DNA of 64,000 bases from Basidiobolus meristosporus CBS 931.73 (lineage: Eukaryota > Fungi > Basidiobolomycota): positions 20,299 through 84,298 of the forward strand of contig MCFE01000377.1 in assembly GCA_002104905.1 (NCBI GenBank). Reading direction: 5' to 3'. The position numbers were made by a program, and so were the translations under genes. Within the stretch, counting starts at the first letter, position 1; every line of letters starts with the position of its first letter. The notes below the pieces were generated by a model, which had not been told where the DNA came from, did no database searches, and saw only the letters and a program-made list of their open reading frames with translations. Shown piece after piece: positions 12,301-24,900 of the stretch.

Positions 12301-15300
12301 TGTTACAAGTCTGGATATAAGGGTTGAAGAGGAATAGGGAGTTTAGCTAGTATTGTATTCACTAAATCTTGAATTTGTTTCTATGAGGTTCTAGCAGCTC
12401 CTTATATACATTTTGCCAGTTCAATTGCTGACAAATTGTTTTTCCTAATGTAGGTTGTGGCTGTTGACTCACTTGATTGCATCATCATCACCCAGTTATA
12501 TGGTCCTTAATATATCTATTTCTGAATAATAGGGATCTGCTGAGTTATCTGATGACTGATACTACTGATCTCATGGATAACACTGATACACTGATTGGCT
12601 AGACATAAACTTATTGATTTGATCAAAAACTGATATAACTTAAGCATTCAAGCGGTAGATCATAACATTCTTGCCTACTGAAGCTGAGAGGGTTCTCCAC
12701 AATCTCTTTCCTTGTGATACTAATATTGTGATGGTTCATTATTGTCAGCAAGTATTGCTAGCTTGAGTCTGTCTCTATGAACTAAGTTTTCCCAGATATC
12801 ACCTTGTTTGTCCACTAGTTGGTAAGTAGAAAATGAGCATTCTCTGATGATCTTGAAAGTCCTGTTTGTTGTGGCTCAATCTTCTTGTGGATGTTGTTTC
12901 TTAGCAACACAGAGTTCCAAACTGTCAAGGTTTCTGTGGATATAGTCTTATAAAATCTCTGCTTCATCTTTTCTGCACTTTGAATACTTTGGCTTGTACC
13001 TCTTGGTGTCTTTGTTCCAGCTGCTGGTGTCTACTTGGTGGACTGAGCTCATTTTCTTAGGCATCTGTAAGCTTTGGTTGTGTGAGCTCCCCAGAAATTC
13101 TTGGTTCACATTTATACACTAGGTAAAATGGCAATTGTTTGGTGGTGTTAGGCACTGTGACTCTGCAGCTAAAAAGTGCTTGGTCTGTATACTTGTGATA
13201 CCTACTGACAGCTCCATTTGCATACTTGGTCAGTATTTTTCCATATAGTACATGAACCGCTCAGTGACTCCATTGGTTCTAGGGTGATATGCTAAGGTTT
13301 TAAGTGTTTAATCTGCTGCATTACTAGGTGAGCTTCCAATGTCTTTGCCATAAAGTTTGCTCCTCAATTGGATAAAATCCCCACAGGGCACCCAAATATC
13401 ATAAGGATCTCATGATAGATGAAACTTGCAACTTCCTGTTCACTGGCTAGAGGTGCCACTCTGGCCATCAACCATTTGGTGGCATAATCAATTGCTGCAA
13501 GAATCCAATGGTGCATTTCCTGGTGGTTGGCAGTCTTACAATAAAGTCAATTCCCCATCTCTCAAAGGGTCTTACTGGCTGTGAGGGAAAGAGTTCAGCA
13601 ACTCTATGTGGTTGGCCTTGGTTAATATGGCAATTTGGGCATGTTTTCACTAACTTCTCAGTATTTTGTTTCATTCCAGGCCACCATGCTCTGGCTTTCA
13701 CAAGGCTATAGGTTCCTTCAATATCCAAGATGTTCATATCAATTCTGATGCTGATGTATTACATGCAGGCAAGTAACATAAGGGCATTGGGCAATAGGGC
13801 TTTCATCAGCAATTTGGCAAAGTGATTCATCCTGTATTACAAACTTGCTGGCTTCTTCTTGGATTATCTTCATGCTCCCTTCATCCACCTCATTAGGAAT
13901 GGCTTGGTCCTCCAAGTAGTCTGTTATATGCCAGGCCAATCTAATTCATGCACCAGGTTGAGTTGTTTAACTTGTTCTAGTCTTGATGAGGCATCAGCAA
14001 CCATGTTGTTTTTCCCAGAGCAGTGGACTATCTCCTTGTCAAATTGTTAAATGTATTCACTCCATCTTGTCATTCTTCCAGATAGTACCTTCTGAATAAA
14101 TTTATACTTGAGTGAGGTATGATCAGTCATCATAGTGCACTTGACTCCTACAATGTAGCATCTCCAGGTATTTAAGCAGTGTATTATGACATGCATCTCC
14201 TTCTCAATCACTGGATTGTTCAGTTCTGCTGAGTTCATTTTCTTAGACTCAAAATTATCTGGGTAGTCTCTTCCCTCATGATCTTGGCTCAGCACTGCAC
14301 CAATTGCATAGTCTGAAGCTACTGTGCACAGAATAAGCTCTTTTCTGAAGTGTGGGATTTTCAAGCTTGGCAGTCTCACAGGCTATGCCCCACTTCATAG
14401 TGTTGCCATTCTTGAGAATATGAGTTAAAGGGGCTGCTATACTTGCAAAGAACTTGACCAATCTCCAATAATAGGAGATCATTGTAAGGAATAATCTGAT
14501 TACTAATTTGCTATGGGGCTGCTTCAGATTCTTGATGACTTCAGCATTCTTGGGGTCTGAGGTCACTCCTGTGCTAGTCACTATGTGTTCCAGGTATTCA
14601 ACATGTTTGTTCAAAAATTCATGTTTAGCTAGCTGCCATACCGCTTGTTCTCTCTTAGCTTCTTCAAGTCCTTTTCAATGTACACTAAGTGTTCCTCTTC
14701 TGTCTTACTGTATCTCATTTTGTCATCTAGGTATATTACTGCAAACCTGTCTGAGTATTTCTGAAGGACTGTTTGCATCAAGGTCATGAGTGTTGCAGGG
14801 GCATTTATTGGGCCAAAACTGAGGACTGAGTACTTGTAATATCCATATCTGGTCCTGAATGCTGTCTTGGGGATGTCTTATGGTTTCACCCTAATCATAT
14901 TGTATCCTGACATAAGGTCAATCTAGCTGAAAATAATGGCTCCGTTGAGTTGGTCCAAACACTCATCATTCCAAGGTATGCGGTACTTATTCTTCACAAT
15001 AACTGAGTTGAGGGTTCTGTAGTCAATGCACATCCCAAGTGTTCTATCTTTCTTTGTCACAAAAAGAACTGGTGCTCCTCTAGGTGACTTGCTGGTTCTG
15101 ATATATCCTTGCACCAATAATGTATGTATTTGTCTCATGTAATGCTCCAAAGTATCCTGAATTTTGAACTCAAACTCTTCCCAGGTAGAGATTGTAGATC
15201 ATCCCATCATATTGGCTGACCTGATCTTGTTTTAGGACTGCTGTAAGGTGCATCTGCTAAGTAAGAAGCTGCATAATGCAACTTGTTTCTGGAGCAGTTC

Positions 15301-15416
15301 CTTTAGCCCTGAAAGCTTTCTCATTCTGGAAGAGCCAAGTTCCCAGGTTTTCATTGACTCTACCATGTTACTAGTTGACCTTCACATTAAGGTTGCTCTT
15401 GACAGGGCTTTGCTGG
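12301..15416 (-). mobile_element. Ty3/Gypsy copy 3 (3' LTR 12301-12667; 5'-truncated; ~1.2-kb internal deletion; most diverged copy)
   Basis: LTR and PPT present, with integrase, RNase H and RT fragments (YLDD intact: TACCTAGATGAC). The junction near 15150 fuses gag to the RT N-terminus. Homology stops inside gag at ~15416. Confidence 0.92.
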
Positions 15417-15636
15417 TAATTCAAGCAGTAAATCATAACTGTATTAACCATGCACCTCTTACAGCGTGATCCTGAGTGTTAAGACACTCCCCTCACTTGA
15501 TGTTAAGGTTGTAGTATTTCTACAATGGTATAAATACTGAGCTTCTATATAAATACACAACAGTTCAACTATTCTCATTTATTCTTAATAAGTTCCTTAT
15601 ATCCAAAACGCCTCTTAAGTTGCAACATGGCTGAGA

Positions 15637-15693
15637 CTCTTCAATGAGTGACTTAATCCTTTCAGAATGCAAGTAAAGAATATGTTTGGATAC
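15637..15693 (+). pseudogene. Harbinger/ISL2EU transposase fragment A, left of the Copia-B insertion
   Basis: LFNE*LNPFRMQVKNMFGY aligns to LYNEIFNHFRVRVEHTFGY of the 19.5-kb transposase and continues at 18904. Confidence 0.7.
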
Positions 15694-18600
15694 TGTTGAA
15701 ATATTAGAGAGATATACTGGAAGTGAATTGGAGAATCAGAAGATTTACATGATATTCACTTGATGTTTTATTGAGTTGCAACACAGTATTTATACTTATT
15801 GCAGAACTACGTAAATGTGACTATTTGGTCATTATTAGCAGAGTCTGAGGAGTACATGTGCCAAGTTTCAGCTCATTTGGACAAGTTTCAGATTTTCCTA
15901 AAATTCTGTACTTCTCTAATTCCTAATAATTAGTAAATATCTTACAAACTAATTTCCATGTTGATAATCTGAAATATATCACTTCACTAAGTGCTAGTTC
16001 ATATTATATTAATTATTAGGTGGACTCCTAACTATTTCAACACTCCCACTCACATAATATATTCATATACTTATGAACTTGCTGTGGTGTTGTGTATCTT
16101 GCGGTTGAAATTAAGCCTGCAATTAACCATCTAACCTATTGGACTAATATATTCTCCAATATATGATAAGGATTGCATATTATCTGTAATAACTAAGTAT
16201 AAGTCCATACTGTTTATTACATACTTCAGATCAAATTGCTTTGAGTCTGAACTCTGATCTCATCACGAATATCTATGAATGAGTATCATCAATTTGATTG
16301 GAGTAACACTTTTCAGATACTGATCAAATCCCCGCATAGTTTGTATCATCAGAGAGCTGCATTCTCAGGCTTTCTGCTGTTTCTTATTTGAGTAAAATTG
16401 GTCAACAATTGGCAAAGTTAGGAAGTGGTCTTCTCTCCAGTAGATCTGGATCATCCACAGTTCCGGTCTATAGTCTAATTCACTTAGACTATCCTCCATA
16501 TATCCATAACTGTATCTGGATAGTAACTTTCCTCATATACTCCATATATGATCTGCTGAGACCAACAATTGATCAGCATTGTAGTTGCCTTATTCTTCAC
16601 CGGTTGACCAAGTATTTCTTCTTCCGGACTAGTGCCTTCAATGGTATCTAGCCTAGCTTTTCTTCATTCCTGATCTGGGATATTGTACTCCCACTGAAGC
16701 TACATCTTCTGGTGCTTCCTGCCTTCTAAAACTGACTGCGATAGATTATATATATCCTTCTGATCTAGGCATTACTTTCTTGGACTGATATCACTGTTAC
16801 GGTAATCAGATCTTCCCTTTGCATCTTGATAGGCTTGATTTGGTATCACAGCATACCACAGATTGATTGGCAGCTATTCATAGAGGCCTAATCCTAAACA
16901 GGATAGATATGGTCTCATATGTACTATTGCGCTTGAACAGTACAACCTGATCTGGCACTTTCCAATTGCGTAAATCTACCATAATGTCTCTGATAAGCCA
17001 CTGTTACTTCTGATAGAACCTTCCAGCATAGAGCTTGGTTGACAGTGCAAATATACAAGTCCATGATCTTCTGGACCCATTATAACCCTTAGGTTGGCCC
17101 TTGGTACCACCTCTCTAGCCTCCACTGCAAGTTAGTTGACTTCATTGTTCACCATAATTGTGATGTTACCTCTGAGTATGTAGGTTCTCTTGGACTGCTC
17201 TGCTGCTTTCCTTAGCAAAAATACTCCACTATCCTTGTGTGGTAGGATAACTGGATCATATCTAGTGTGCTAGATAGTCCAGATCTGGCCTAGGTATCAC
17301 CTAACTCCATTTAGAAACTGGCAACTTATTGGCAGTAGGTTTTTGTTCCATATCTGGTCTTAAAGATGCTGGTTGCTGGAATTTCCTTATTGATCTAGAT
17401 CTGGACCATACAGGTAGCATATCCACGGTTTGTTAGATCTCCCAGAGTGTTCAGGAACTTCCTGTCCTCAAAACATATTTATTGAGATGTTTCAACCAAA
17501 CCGGTCATCCATTTGGATCTGGCATAACTTTTCACAGGCTTGATCAAATTTGATCAAGTAAACTTCCTTAAAAAGCCATTTCTCTCAGCATCTTGGTGGC
17601 AGATATCTTTATTGCAGTTTGGCCCGTAGCTGGGAGCTGTAAGTAACTTGATCTGATCAGAATTGCATAATTAACATGCAATCCATGTTAATATAAATGA
17701 TCCTTCATCACTGTATGTATGTGATATATGTACTAGTGTAGGGCAACTAGTACACTCCTTGATAGTACTTCATACATATTCTATAGTGTATATAGAGACT
17801 ATATGCATATACTTTGGTCAAGGTCTCCGGTAGCACTTTTCTTGATGGCGGTAGAAATTCCATGCTTCAACATATATGGATATATCTTCTCCCACTGTTT
17901 CTGATACTTGATGTAGACATGTAGCTTGTCTAATAAGTGTCTCACAGAGCCTCAGGATCATTGGTACTGGAAATAGTACCACTGATATATCATGCGTACC
18001 ACTCCTAAGTTGGCATATCTGAGATCACTGATCTTTGGCCAAATATATAGGTATTATATATCATTTTGATCCTCAGAGTTTGGGCAAGCTGATCCATATA
18101 TCTGTCGGCATATTCAACTCCAAACCAGGGCAGCAGGCAGCATCAGAGTGTTTGCGCATCATTTCATTTCAAGTGACTACAGACTTATGAAAATTCACTG
18201 CAGCAATGTGGGCACTTCATCAACTGAAATAGTCTAATCCAAACCCAGGTATATGTGGATTGGGATTACGCATTTTCTCAAAGCTTCATCCTTCTGCATA
18301 TTCCATAACTTTTGAAATTTGTGCAACATGATCTCCTTGACATATGACCTTTTTCTTTGCTTAGTGTCTTCTTTAAGGGCAAAGGCCTCTCTCTCCAAAA
18401 CAATATATCCCATCTAGCAATTCTTTGCAGCAGCAGTACTTTTCTGTCTTTTGTAACTTCAGGTAGACCAGGCAGTCTTTCTCCAGAATAAAGACACAGC
18501 ACTAGAGAAAAGTAGACAACCAAGATAAAGCAAGCTTGGGGCTCATAACCTGTTAAATATTAGAGAGATATACTCGAAGTGAATTGGAGAATTAGAAGAT

Positions 18601-18898
18601 TTACATGATATTCACTTGATGTTTCATTGAGTTGCAACACAGTATTTATACTTATTGCAGAACTATGTAAATGTGACTATTTGGTCATTATTAGCAGAGT
18701 CTGAGGAGTACATGTGCCAAGTTTCAGCTCATTTGGACAAGTTTCAGATTTTCCTAAAATTCTGTACTTCTCTAATTCCTAATAGTTAGTAAATATCTCA
18801 CAAACTAATTTCCATGTTGATAATCTGAAATATATCATTTCACTAAGTGCTAGTTCATAATATATTAATGATTAGGTGGACTCCTATTTATTTCAACA
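15694..18898 (-). mobile_element. Complete non-autonomous Copia-type LTR element (Copia B, 3.2 kb)
   Basis: Direct LTRs at 15694-16042 and 18551-18898 (TGTTGAAATA...TATTTCAACA, about a dozen differences by eye). TSD GATAC at 15689-15693 and 18899-18903. PBS GGTTATGAGCCC abuts the 5' LTR and PPT GAGTGGGAG precedes the 3' LTR. The 2.5-kb interior has no intact ORF. Confidence 0.92.
18539..18550 (-). promoter_or_regulatory. Half-tRNAi-Met primer-binding site GGTTATGAGCCC (copia/Ty5 type)
   Basis: Directly follows the LTR-terminal CA on the minus strand and matches the PBS type known from Drosophila copia and yeast Ty5. Confidence 0.85.
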
Positions 18899-18903
18899 GA
18901 TAC

Positions 18904-19050
18904 TTGATAGGTTTCTGTATCATGGTATATGCATGCATAGGAGAAAACAGCAGTATAGGCCAAATAGTGAAGACACTTATTAATGCACAGAATTGTCATA
19001 CAAGAAGACATCCACTTAGAGATATATGTCTAGCACATCATGAAGAGTAA
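18904..19050 (+). pseudogene. Harbinger/ISL2EU transposase fragment A, C-terminus
   Basis: IGENSSIGQIVKTLINAQNCHTRRHPLRDICLAHHEE* is homologous to IGEYSRIVKIVKILINAHYAHKRRHPLREMCLEHYEE* (19858). Confidence 0.78.
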
Positions 19051-19099
19051 ATATAGTAAGAAAAGACTTACTTTACTTCAATTGCATGCCAACTTCTGT

Positions 19100-19858
19100 C
19101 CATTTGCTCTGTAGGAATATAATGTTCTTAGCATTGGGGTTAGGATACTAATAACAATGTGTGTGCATTATGGAGTAAATCCTTTAGATCTTACACATTT
19201 GACAGCAATACCAGTCATTGTGCCCCAAAAAGCCAATGACTCAGAGCAAGCTTAGAATACTAGGTTCAGAAGCTCCAATAGACTTCCATATGCCAGAGTG
19301 TTCAGCAACAGGTTCCATATCAGGAGCATTTTCAATACCTTCCCCGTGAGGATTAACAAACCTTCTAGAGGGCAGAGGCACTTTTATTCTGGCAAGTACA
19401 AGGCACACTGTGTGAAGTTTCAAGCACTGACTGACATTGAGGGTGACATCATCTGGTTTAGTGGGCCATTTGCTGGAAGTAGGCATGACAAAGCACTCTG
19501 GGTAGAGAATCATCCTGAATTCAGTAGAGGGGAGAAATGAATGGCACACTTAGCCTATATAGGAGAGGATTGTCACAGATTAGGATGTATTACAGCTTAT
19601 AGGAAGCCAAGGAATGGTGTGCTTAGCAGGAAGCAGAAGCTCTACAATGAGATATTTAATCATTTCAGAGTGAGGGTAGAGCACACATTTGGATATCTGA
19701 AGAGATTCAGCATATTGGCAGGTAAATACAGAGGAAAGTCATATATAGGAGAATATAGCAGAATAGTTAAAATAGTTAAGATACTTATTAATGCACATTA
19801 TGCTCATAAAAGAAGACATCCACTGAGAGAAATGTGTCTGGAGCATTATGAAGAGTAA
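19100..19858 (+). pseudogene. PIF/Harbinger-ISL2EU (DDE_Tnp_4-like) transposase pseudogene B
   Basis: NTFPVRINKP, FYSGKYKAHCVKFQ, GSRHD, AHLAYIG (from ADxxY) and NEIFNHFRVRVEHTFGYLKRF are recognisable. Contains stops and mutated catalytic Asp residues. Confidence 0.85.
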
Positions 19859-20041
19859 TTAAAGCAAGGAAAGCACTATTCTGAGCAACATAAGTAAGAT
19901 TGAGTAAAATTACCAGTAACTGTATCATGCTACTGGCATCATGGTAGATATTATAGTGCCAGATAGTGCTGTAGAGTGCCAGATCAATCCTGCACTATAA
20001 ACAGGCTGGCACTATGTGGCACTATCCAACAGAACAAGTCT

Positions 20042-20249
20042 AGTGAGCAAGTTGGCAGGGAACCATTCAAAAGCCACTAGTATATTGTTGTGATGAAAAG
20101 TTTTGACCAAGTTTTTTGTAAAATCTGTGGTGCAATTATTTTTCAATTGTCTCTGGATGGTGTCCTGATGGGATCAGTACCTCTTAGTCATGGGACTTTA
20201 ACTTTGTGATGGCCTTTTGAAGGGATCATCTCAATGATTTTTCATAGGG
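20042..20249 (-). repeat. Inverted copy of the CACTA left end (arm of an inverted repeat with 20968-21174)
   Basis: AGTGAGCAAGTTGG...TTTTTCATAGGG is the reverse complement of CCATATGAAAAA...CCAACTTGCTCACT, with scattered mismatches. Confidence 0.85.
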
Positions 20250-20967
20250 TTATGTGCAGTTACAAGGTTTTACAACAAATATAAGGCTGATGGTACAATT
20301 GAAAGATACAAAGCAAGACTTATGGCCAAATGGTACTCTCAGATAAAAAGACTGGACTATGCCAAAACCTTTGCACCTGCAGCCAAGTTTAATTCCATCA
20401 GACTAATATTGGCTATTGTGGTCAAATATAAGGTTTTTATTCATCATATGGATGTATAAGCTTCATTTTGAGGGGAGAACTTGACAAGGACAAGTATGGG
20501 GATCAGCCCAATGGGTTTCTCAATAAAGATAACCCTCATTTGGTCTGCAAGCTCAACAAAACTCCATATGGTCTCAAACAATCACCAAGAGCCTAAATTA
20601 GATGATAGATTCTAATTTTAATTCTTTGAGCTTTGAAAGGGGTTCTGCTGACTTCAGTATTAGCTATAAGCCAGATAGAGCAGATTCAGCTCTGGTAGCA
20701 CTATATATGCACAATCTTACTATAGCTACTAATGAACAAGAAACCTTGGAAGACACTAAATCCAGCCTTTATGAAGAGCTCAAGATATCCAATCTAGGAG
20801 AACTCAGTTACAACTTAGGGATGATGTTTTCCAAATACAGAAGTGCCCAGACTATCACCCTAAGCCAATCCAAGCATATTCAACATATACTAAAGAAGTA
20901 CTAAATGGAGTACTGTAAACCGGCAGCTGCCCCAATAGTGGCAAGCTTCAACTTGATCAAAACTTAA
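20250..20967 (+). pseudogene. Degenerate Copia reverse transcriptase (RVT_2) fragment
   Basis: KYKADGTIERYKARL, DYAKTFAPAAK, LVCKLNKTPYGLKQSPRA and LGELSYNLG are Copia RT motifs. Confidence 0.9.
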
Positions 20968-21297
20968 CCATATGAAAAACTACGGTAATGATCCTGTCAA
21001 AAGGCCATCATAAGCTTGAAGTCCTGTGACTAAGAGGTACTGACCCTGTCAGGACACTGTCCAGAGACCATTGAAAAATAATTGCACCCCAGATTTCACA
21101 AAAAACTGGTCAAAACTTTTCATCACAATTATATACTAGTGGCTTTTGAGTGGTTCCCTGCCAACTTGCTCACTTTCTGATCCCAAGCACTCTATCACCT
21201 CCTATATTTGTGCACATTTATTGGCTATTGCCTCTTTTTCACACTCCTTACTTCCTGAATGAACCATTTCTTTTACTTTTCATGCATACATATTGAT

Positions 21298-22391
21298 TTA
21301 TTTCCATTGAAAATTCAGGTGTACCTCAATTGCCAATTGTATTGACCTATACAAGTTCCTATTCCACACACTAACATTAAGCCCAATCCCACACTCAATA
21401 AGTAACTCCACTAAAATCCACCACTCAATAAGTATATCTGCTGTGATGCTCTGGCTCCACAACTTTGACAGGAACCCAAAAGCTTTATGCCACTGTTCAT
21501 TCACTGGTTCCCACATGTCCTGGTCTTCAGCCGGCACTGTAAGGTCTAGCACCTATCTGCCAGTCTTTGCAATAAATGCTTGCAATATTCCAGTGCATTT
21601 TCTTGAGCACTGCTCTTGAAGAAGTGCTGCAACCTCTTGACATGCCTATTGATGTTCAAAAACTCCACTGAAGACATTGTGATAGTCTTTCAAGTTCTTG
21701 ATGTTGTAGCCTTGTCTGTAAGTGGGATCACCACTCTGGATAAATTCTGCTCTGACACATCTGTTTTGGCCTACTTGTCCCTTGCTGGTGCTCTTCTGGC
21801 AACCTGATGCTTTTTTCCAGCTTGTTTCAGGCTTTCAACTGTAGTTGTGATGGGCTCCTGTAAAAGCTGCTGGTTTTTATCACAGCCAGGTCCTTCAATG
21901 CTACTTCAACTGAGTGCTTCTTCAGTAGTACTATGCTTTTTCCTTGATAAATGTTGTACTGGTGCATCCATATCTGCCTGCTTGTCCCTAATTGGCTCTC
22001 TTCCAGCTACCTGACATCTCTTTGACCCTTGTCTGGAGCTTTCAGCTCTGCTTATAATGGGCTCTTGAGGAAGTTGCTGGTTTCTAGCCCTAGCATCCTT
22101 GTTCTTCTGCCTTTGATAATTTTTGCTATTCTTAAGATACTTTCTTGGCATACCCATGCTGACCCAAAATCTATTTGCCTGTTTGAATCCTGGATAATGC
22201 TTGTGGAACAAGTCAGGTGCATTCTGCTGGGCCTTGAGTTCCTGATAGTCCCATGGTATGCTGGCCTTAAGGTGATGGCTTGCTAGACTTCTGATGGCTT
22301 CTTGAATATTAGCCTGCTCCTCATTATTGCACTCAACTGTGTCATAGATCTTCAATATCTTTTGAGTTTTAGGCTTTGATATAAGCACCAC
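21298..22391 (-). pseudogene. CACTA second ORF remnant (unknown function)
   Basis: 161-aa and 84-aa minus-strand ORF pieces inside the TIR-bounded unit, divergent from the transposase. No recognised domain. Confidence 0.45.
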
Positions 22392-23189
22392 ATTGTCTCC
22401 CTCTCATGCGGTGATAGGTCTTTCAGTGGGCTTTATCTTTTGGCACTGTTGTTGTGCTTCAAAGACTGTACAGTGTTTCTCTGCTGTTACATTGGGAAAT
22501 GGCACAATTCTTGGCTGTGACATTGAGCTACTTGAGTTCCTTCTTTGCAGCAAAGATACTGCTTTCTCTACCTAGATTATTGATTGCTCTACACCTTTTA
22601 TCCACTCATCCTGTATCTGGACTATTTCATGATTTCTCTGGGTCATTACATCTATCCTATCAGCCGCTGCACCTACTTGCTTCATTAATACTTTGGTATG
22701 AGCTCAAAACATACTTGCTTATACAGGTGGTAGTGATGTTATGATGACCATTTGCTAGTCTTCAACTGAAGGTACTGCTTTTACTGCATTCTCATCTGCC
22801 TCAGCAATATGGTCATCTTGTGGCTCTGCAGAGATTACCAATTACCTACTTGACTGAGAGCCTGAGGAGTCTACATTATTCCCTTCAGTGGGCACATTGT
22901 CCACAGGGCCTTTTTTGGTTGTAGCCCCACTTGTTGCACTGAATATCAAAGCAAGCTGTTGTCCAAACATTCTTCTGTTGCTGTTAGCAGGGGAGTTGGT
23001 TGGGAACCAGACAACTTTGCCTAACCTTGTGCAAACTAAGTTAGGAGAGTTTGTGACACCTTTAGGCTCACCCCAGCCTTCTGAATATGGTATGCAGAGT
23101 AATAACTTTAAAGAAGCAGGCTCACTGATGGATTGTGAGCCTATCTTCCCTAACAACAGTATCATGCATGAACCTGGCCAAATCCCATT

Positions 23190-24900
23190 ATGCAATGCAA
23201 TAACACCTGTGGAAAAAATGCTAAGGATACTTTATGGAATCAAGTGAGCCCAGCAATCCATCTGCTGGTGAATGGTGTGAAGTTGTGGCTAGAGAAATGG
23301 TGTGTTTCAATTAATATCAGTAATGGGAGCTTTGAGGATTTACAACTACTTTTTGCCAAAATCATCCCAGGATGCCACCTATCATGTACATGGCATAAAT
23401 GGAATACCATCATGCAGCTGGCAACATATGACCCAGAGACTGTCCTGATACCAGCATGTGCTAACAGTTGCATGGCATTCATGTCAGAAAATGCCTCCAT
23501 TGCACAGTGTCCAACTTGTCAGGAATCCACTACCATTGGGGGAAAACATTGTTCACACTCCAGATATATTCTGTTGTTCATACTCCAGATACATTCTGGT
23601 CATACCCCATCTGAGGAAGCTGATGCAGTCTGACAAATATTGCAAAGCTATACAGTACCACACTCAGCATCAATCAAGAGTAAACATATCCAATATATTT
23701 GATGGCAATCCTTACAAACAGCTAAGAAGCAAGGGCTACTTTGAAGGTATGTATGACCATGCCTTTGCCTTGGCACTCAATGGATTCTCATTAAACAAGT
23801 ACTCTACCAGCAGATCCTACTGGCCACTGATTCTCATCAACCTGATTCTGCTGCCTATGTTACGGTACCAGAGCAGAAATCTGATAGTAGTCTCACCAAT
23901 ATCTGGGCCTAAATACCATACAACCTGGATAGCCACCTGTATCCATTGTTTGATGATTTTTGAATGCTTTCCAGCAGGAAAACAGTAAGTGGCTGTGATG
24001 TAAAAGCACATATTATTATCTGCATTGGAGATACCCCAGCCATTGACAAGATAGCTGGCTTTTCTGGGCACAATGGACAGTATTGCTGCTAAATGTGTGA
24101 GATCCAAGGGACTTGCTCTATAACTTACACACATTATTACTACCCAAATACCAACACCAAAAACATCATCTTTCCACTGAGAGAATGTACAGGAGTCAGC
24201 ATGCAATTGCAGCCAAGTTGGCAAGCTATAAGCCATTGGCCAGAATATGCAATTAATTGGAAACCTGAGATGCTTAAGATAGAGGGTATCTGTTGAGGCA
24301 TAAGCTTTCCACTGGGAGCAATGCATTTGCCTTTCAACAATTTTCCCATACTGAGGACCAGGTTGTACACAGGGCATTTCAAGCTAAATGAGCCCTTAGA
24401 GATACCAGGGTTAGGGTTATGCAACACTACAAGTGCAAGGACTGGATGAACTGAATATGTATTTGTTCAAGTGGCCTTCTGGAGCCATTTCTACCAAGAG
24501 TACATTGGAAGCATTAGGAGTCATATGTGGACATAGTAGGATTATTAATCCAGAAGTGAATCACCAATGCCAACTTGATGCATCTAAAGCTTTTGTGCAA
24601 AGAGTTTGTGATGGGATTTGAGCAGCTATGCTACAAGCATAAAGCTGAGTGTGTAGATCTCTGCCACTACTGTATACATTCTCTACTCCATCTTGCACAG
24701 TGTGTGGAGAATATTGGGCCTTGCTTCACCTTTTGAGAGTTTCCTATGGAGCAGATGTGTGGGGAGACAGGAAGACAAGTCAAGTTATAGGTACCACCAT
24801 ATCCCCATCTCATCAAGAATCTTACCTTCAAGTCCATCATATATGGCATTAAGAAGCTAAGCAGCCCCAATGCATAGGTAATCAGTTAGGTAATGCAAAG
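23190..24900 (+). pseudogene. Transposase_21 (TnpD/Tnp2-like) pseudogene
   Basis: ACANSCMAF...CPTC, NIFDGNPYKQL, LALNGF, YWPLILINLILLPMLRY, SGPK, GDTPAIDKIAGFSGHNG and PLGAMHLPFNN match the CACTA transposase pattern. Frameshifted. Confidence 0.88.

Noticed and set aside
15478-15627. Possible additional LTR end (TGTTAAG...TTGCAACA followed by TGG)
   Set aside because: No second copy in the window and no PBS, PPT or TSD support.
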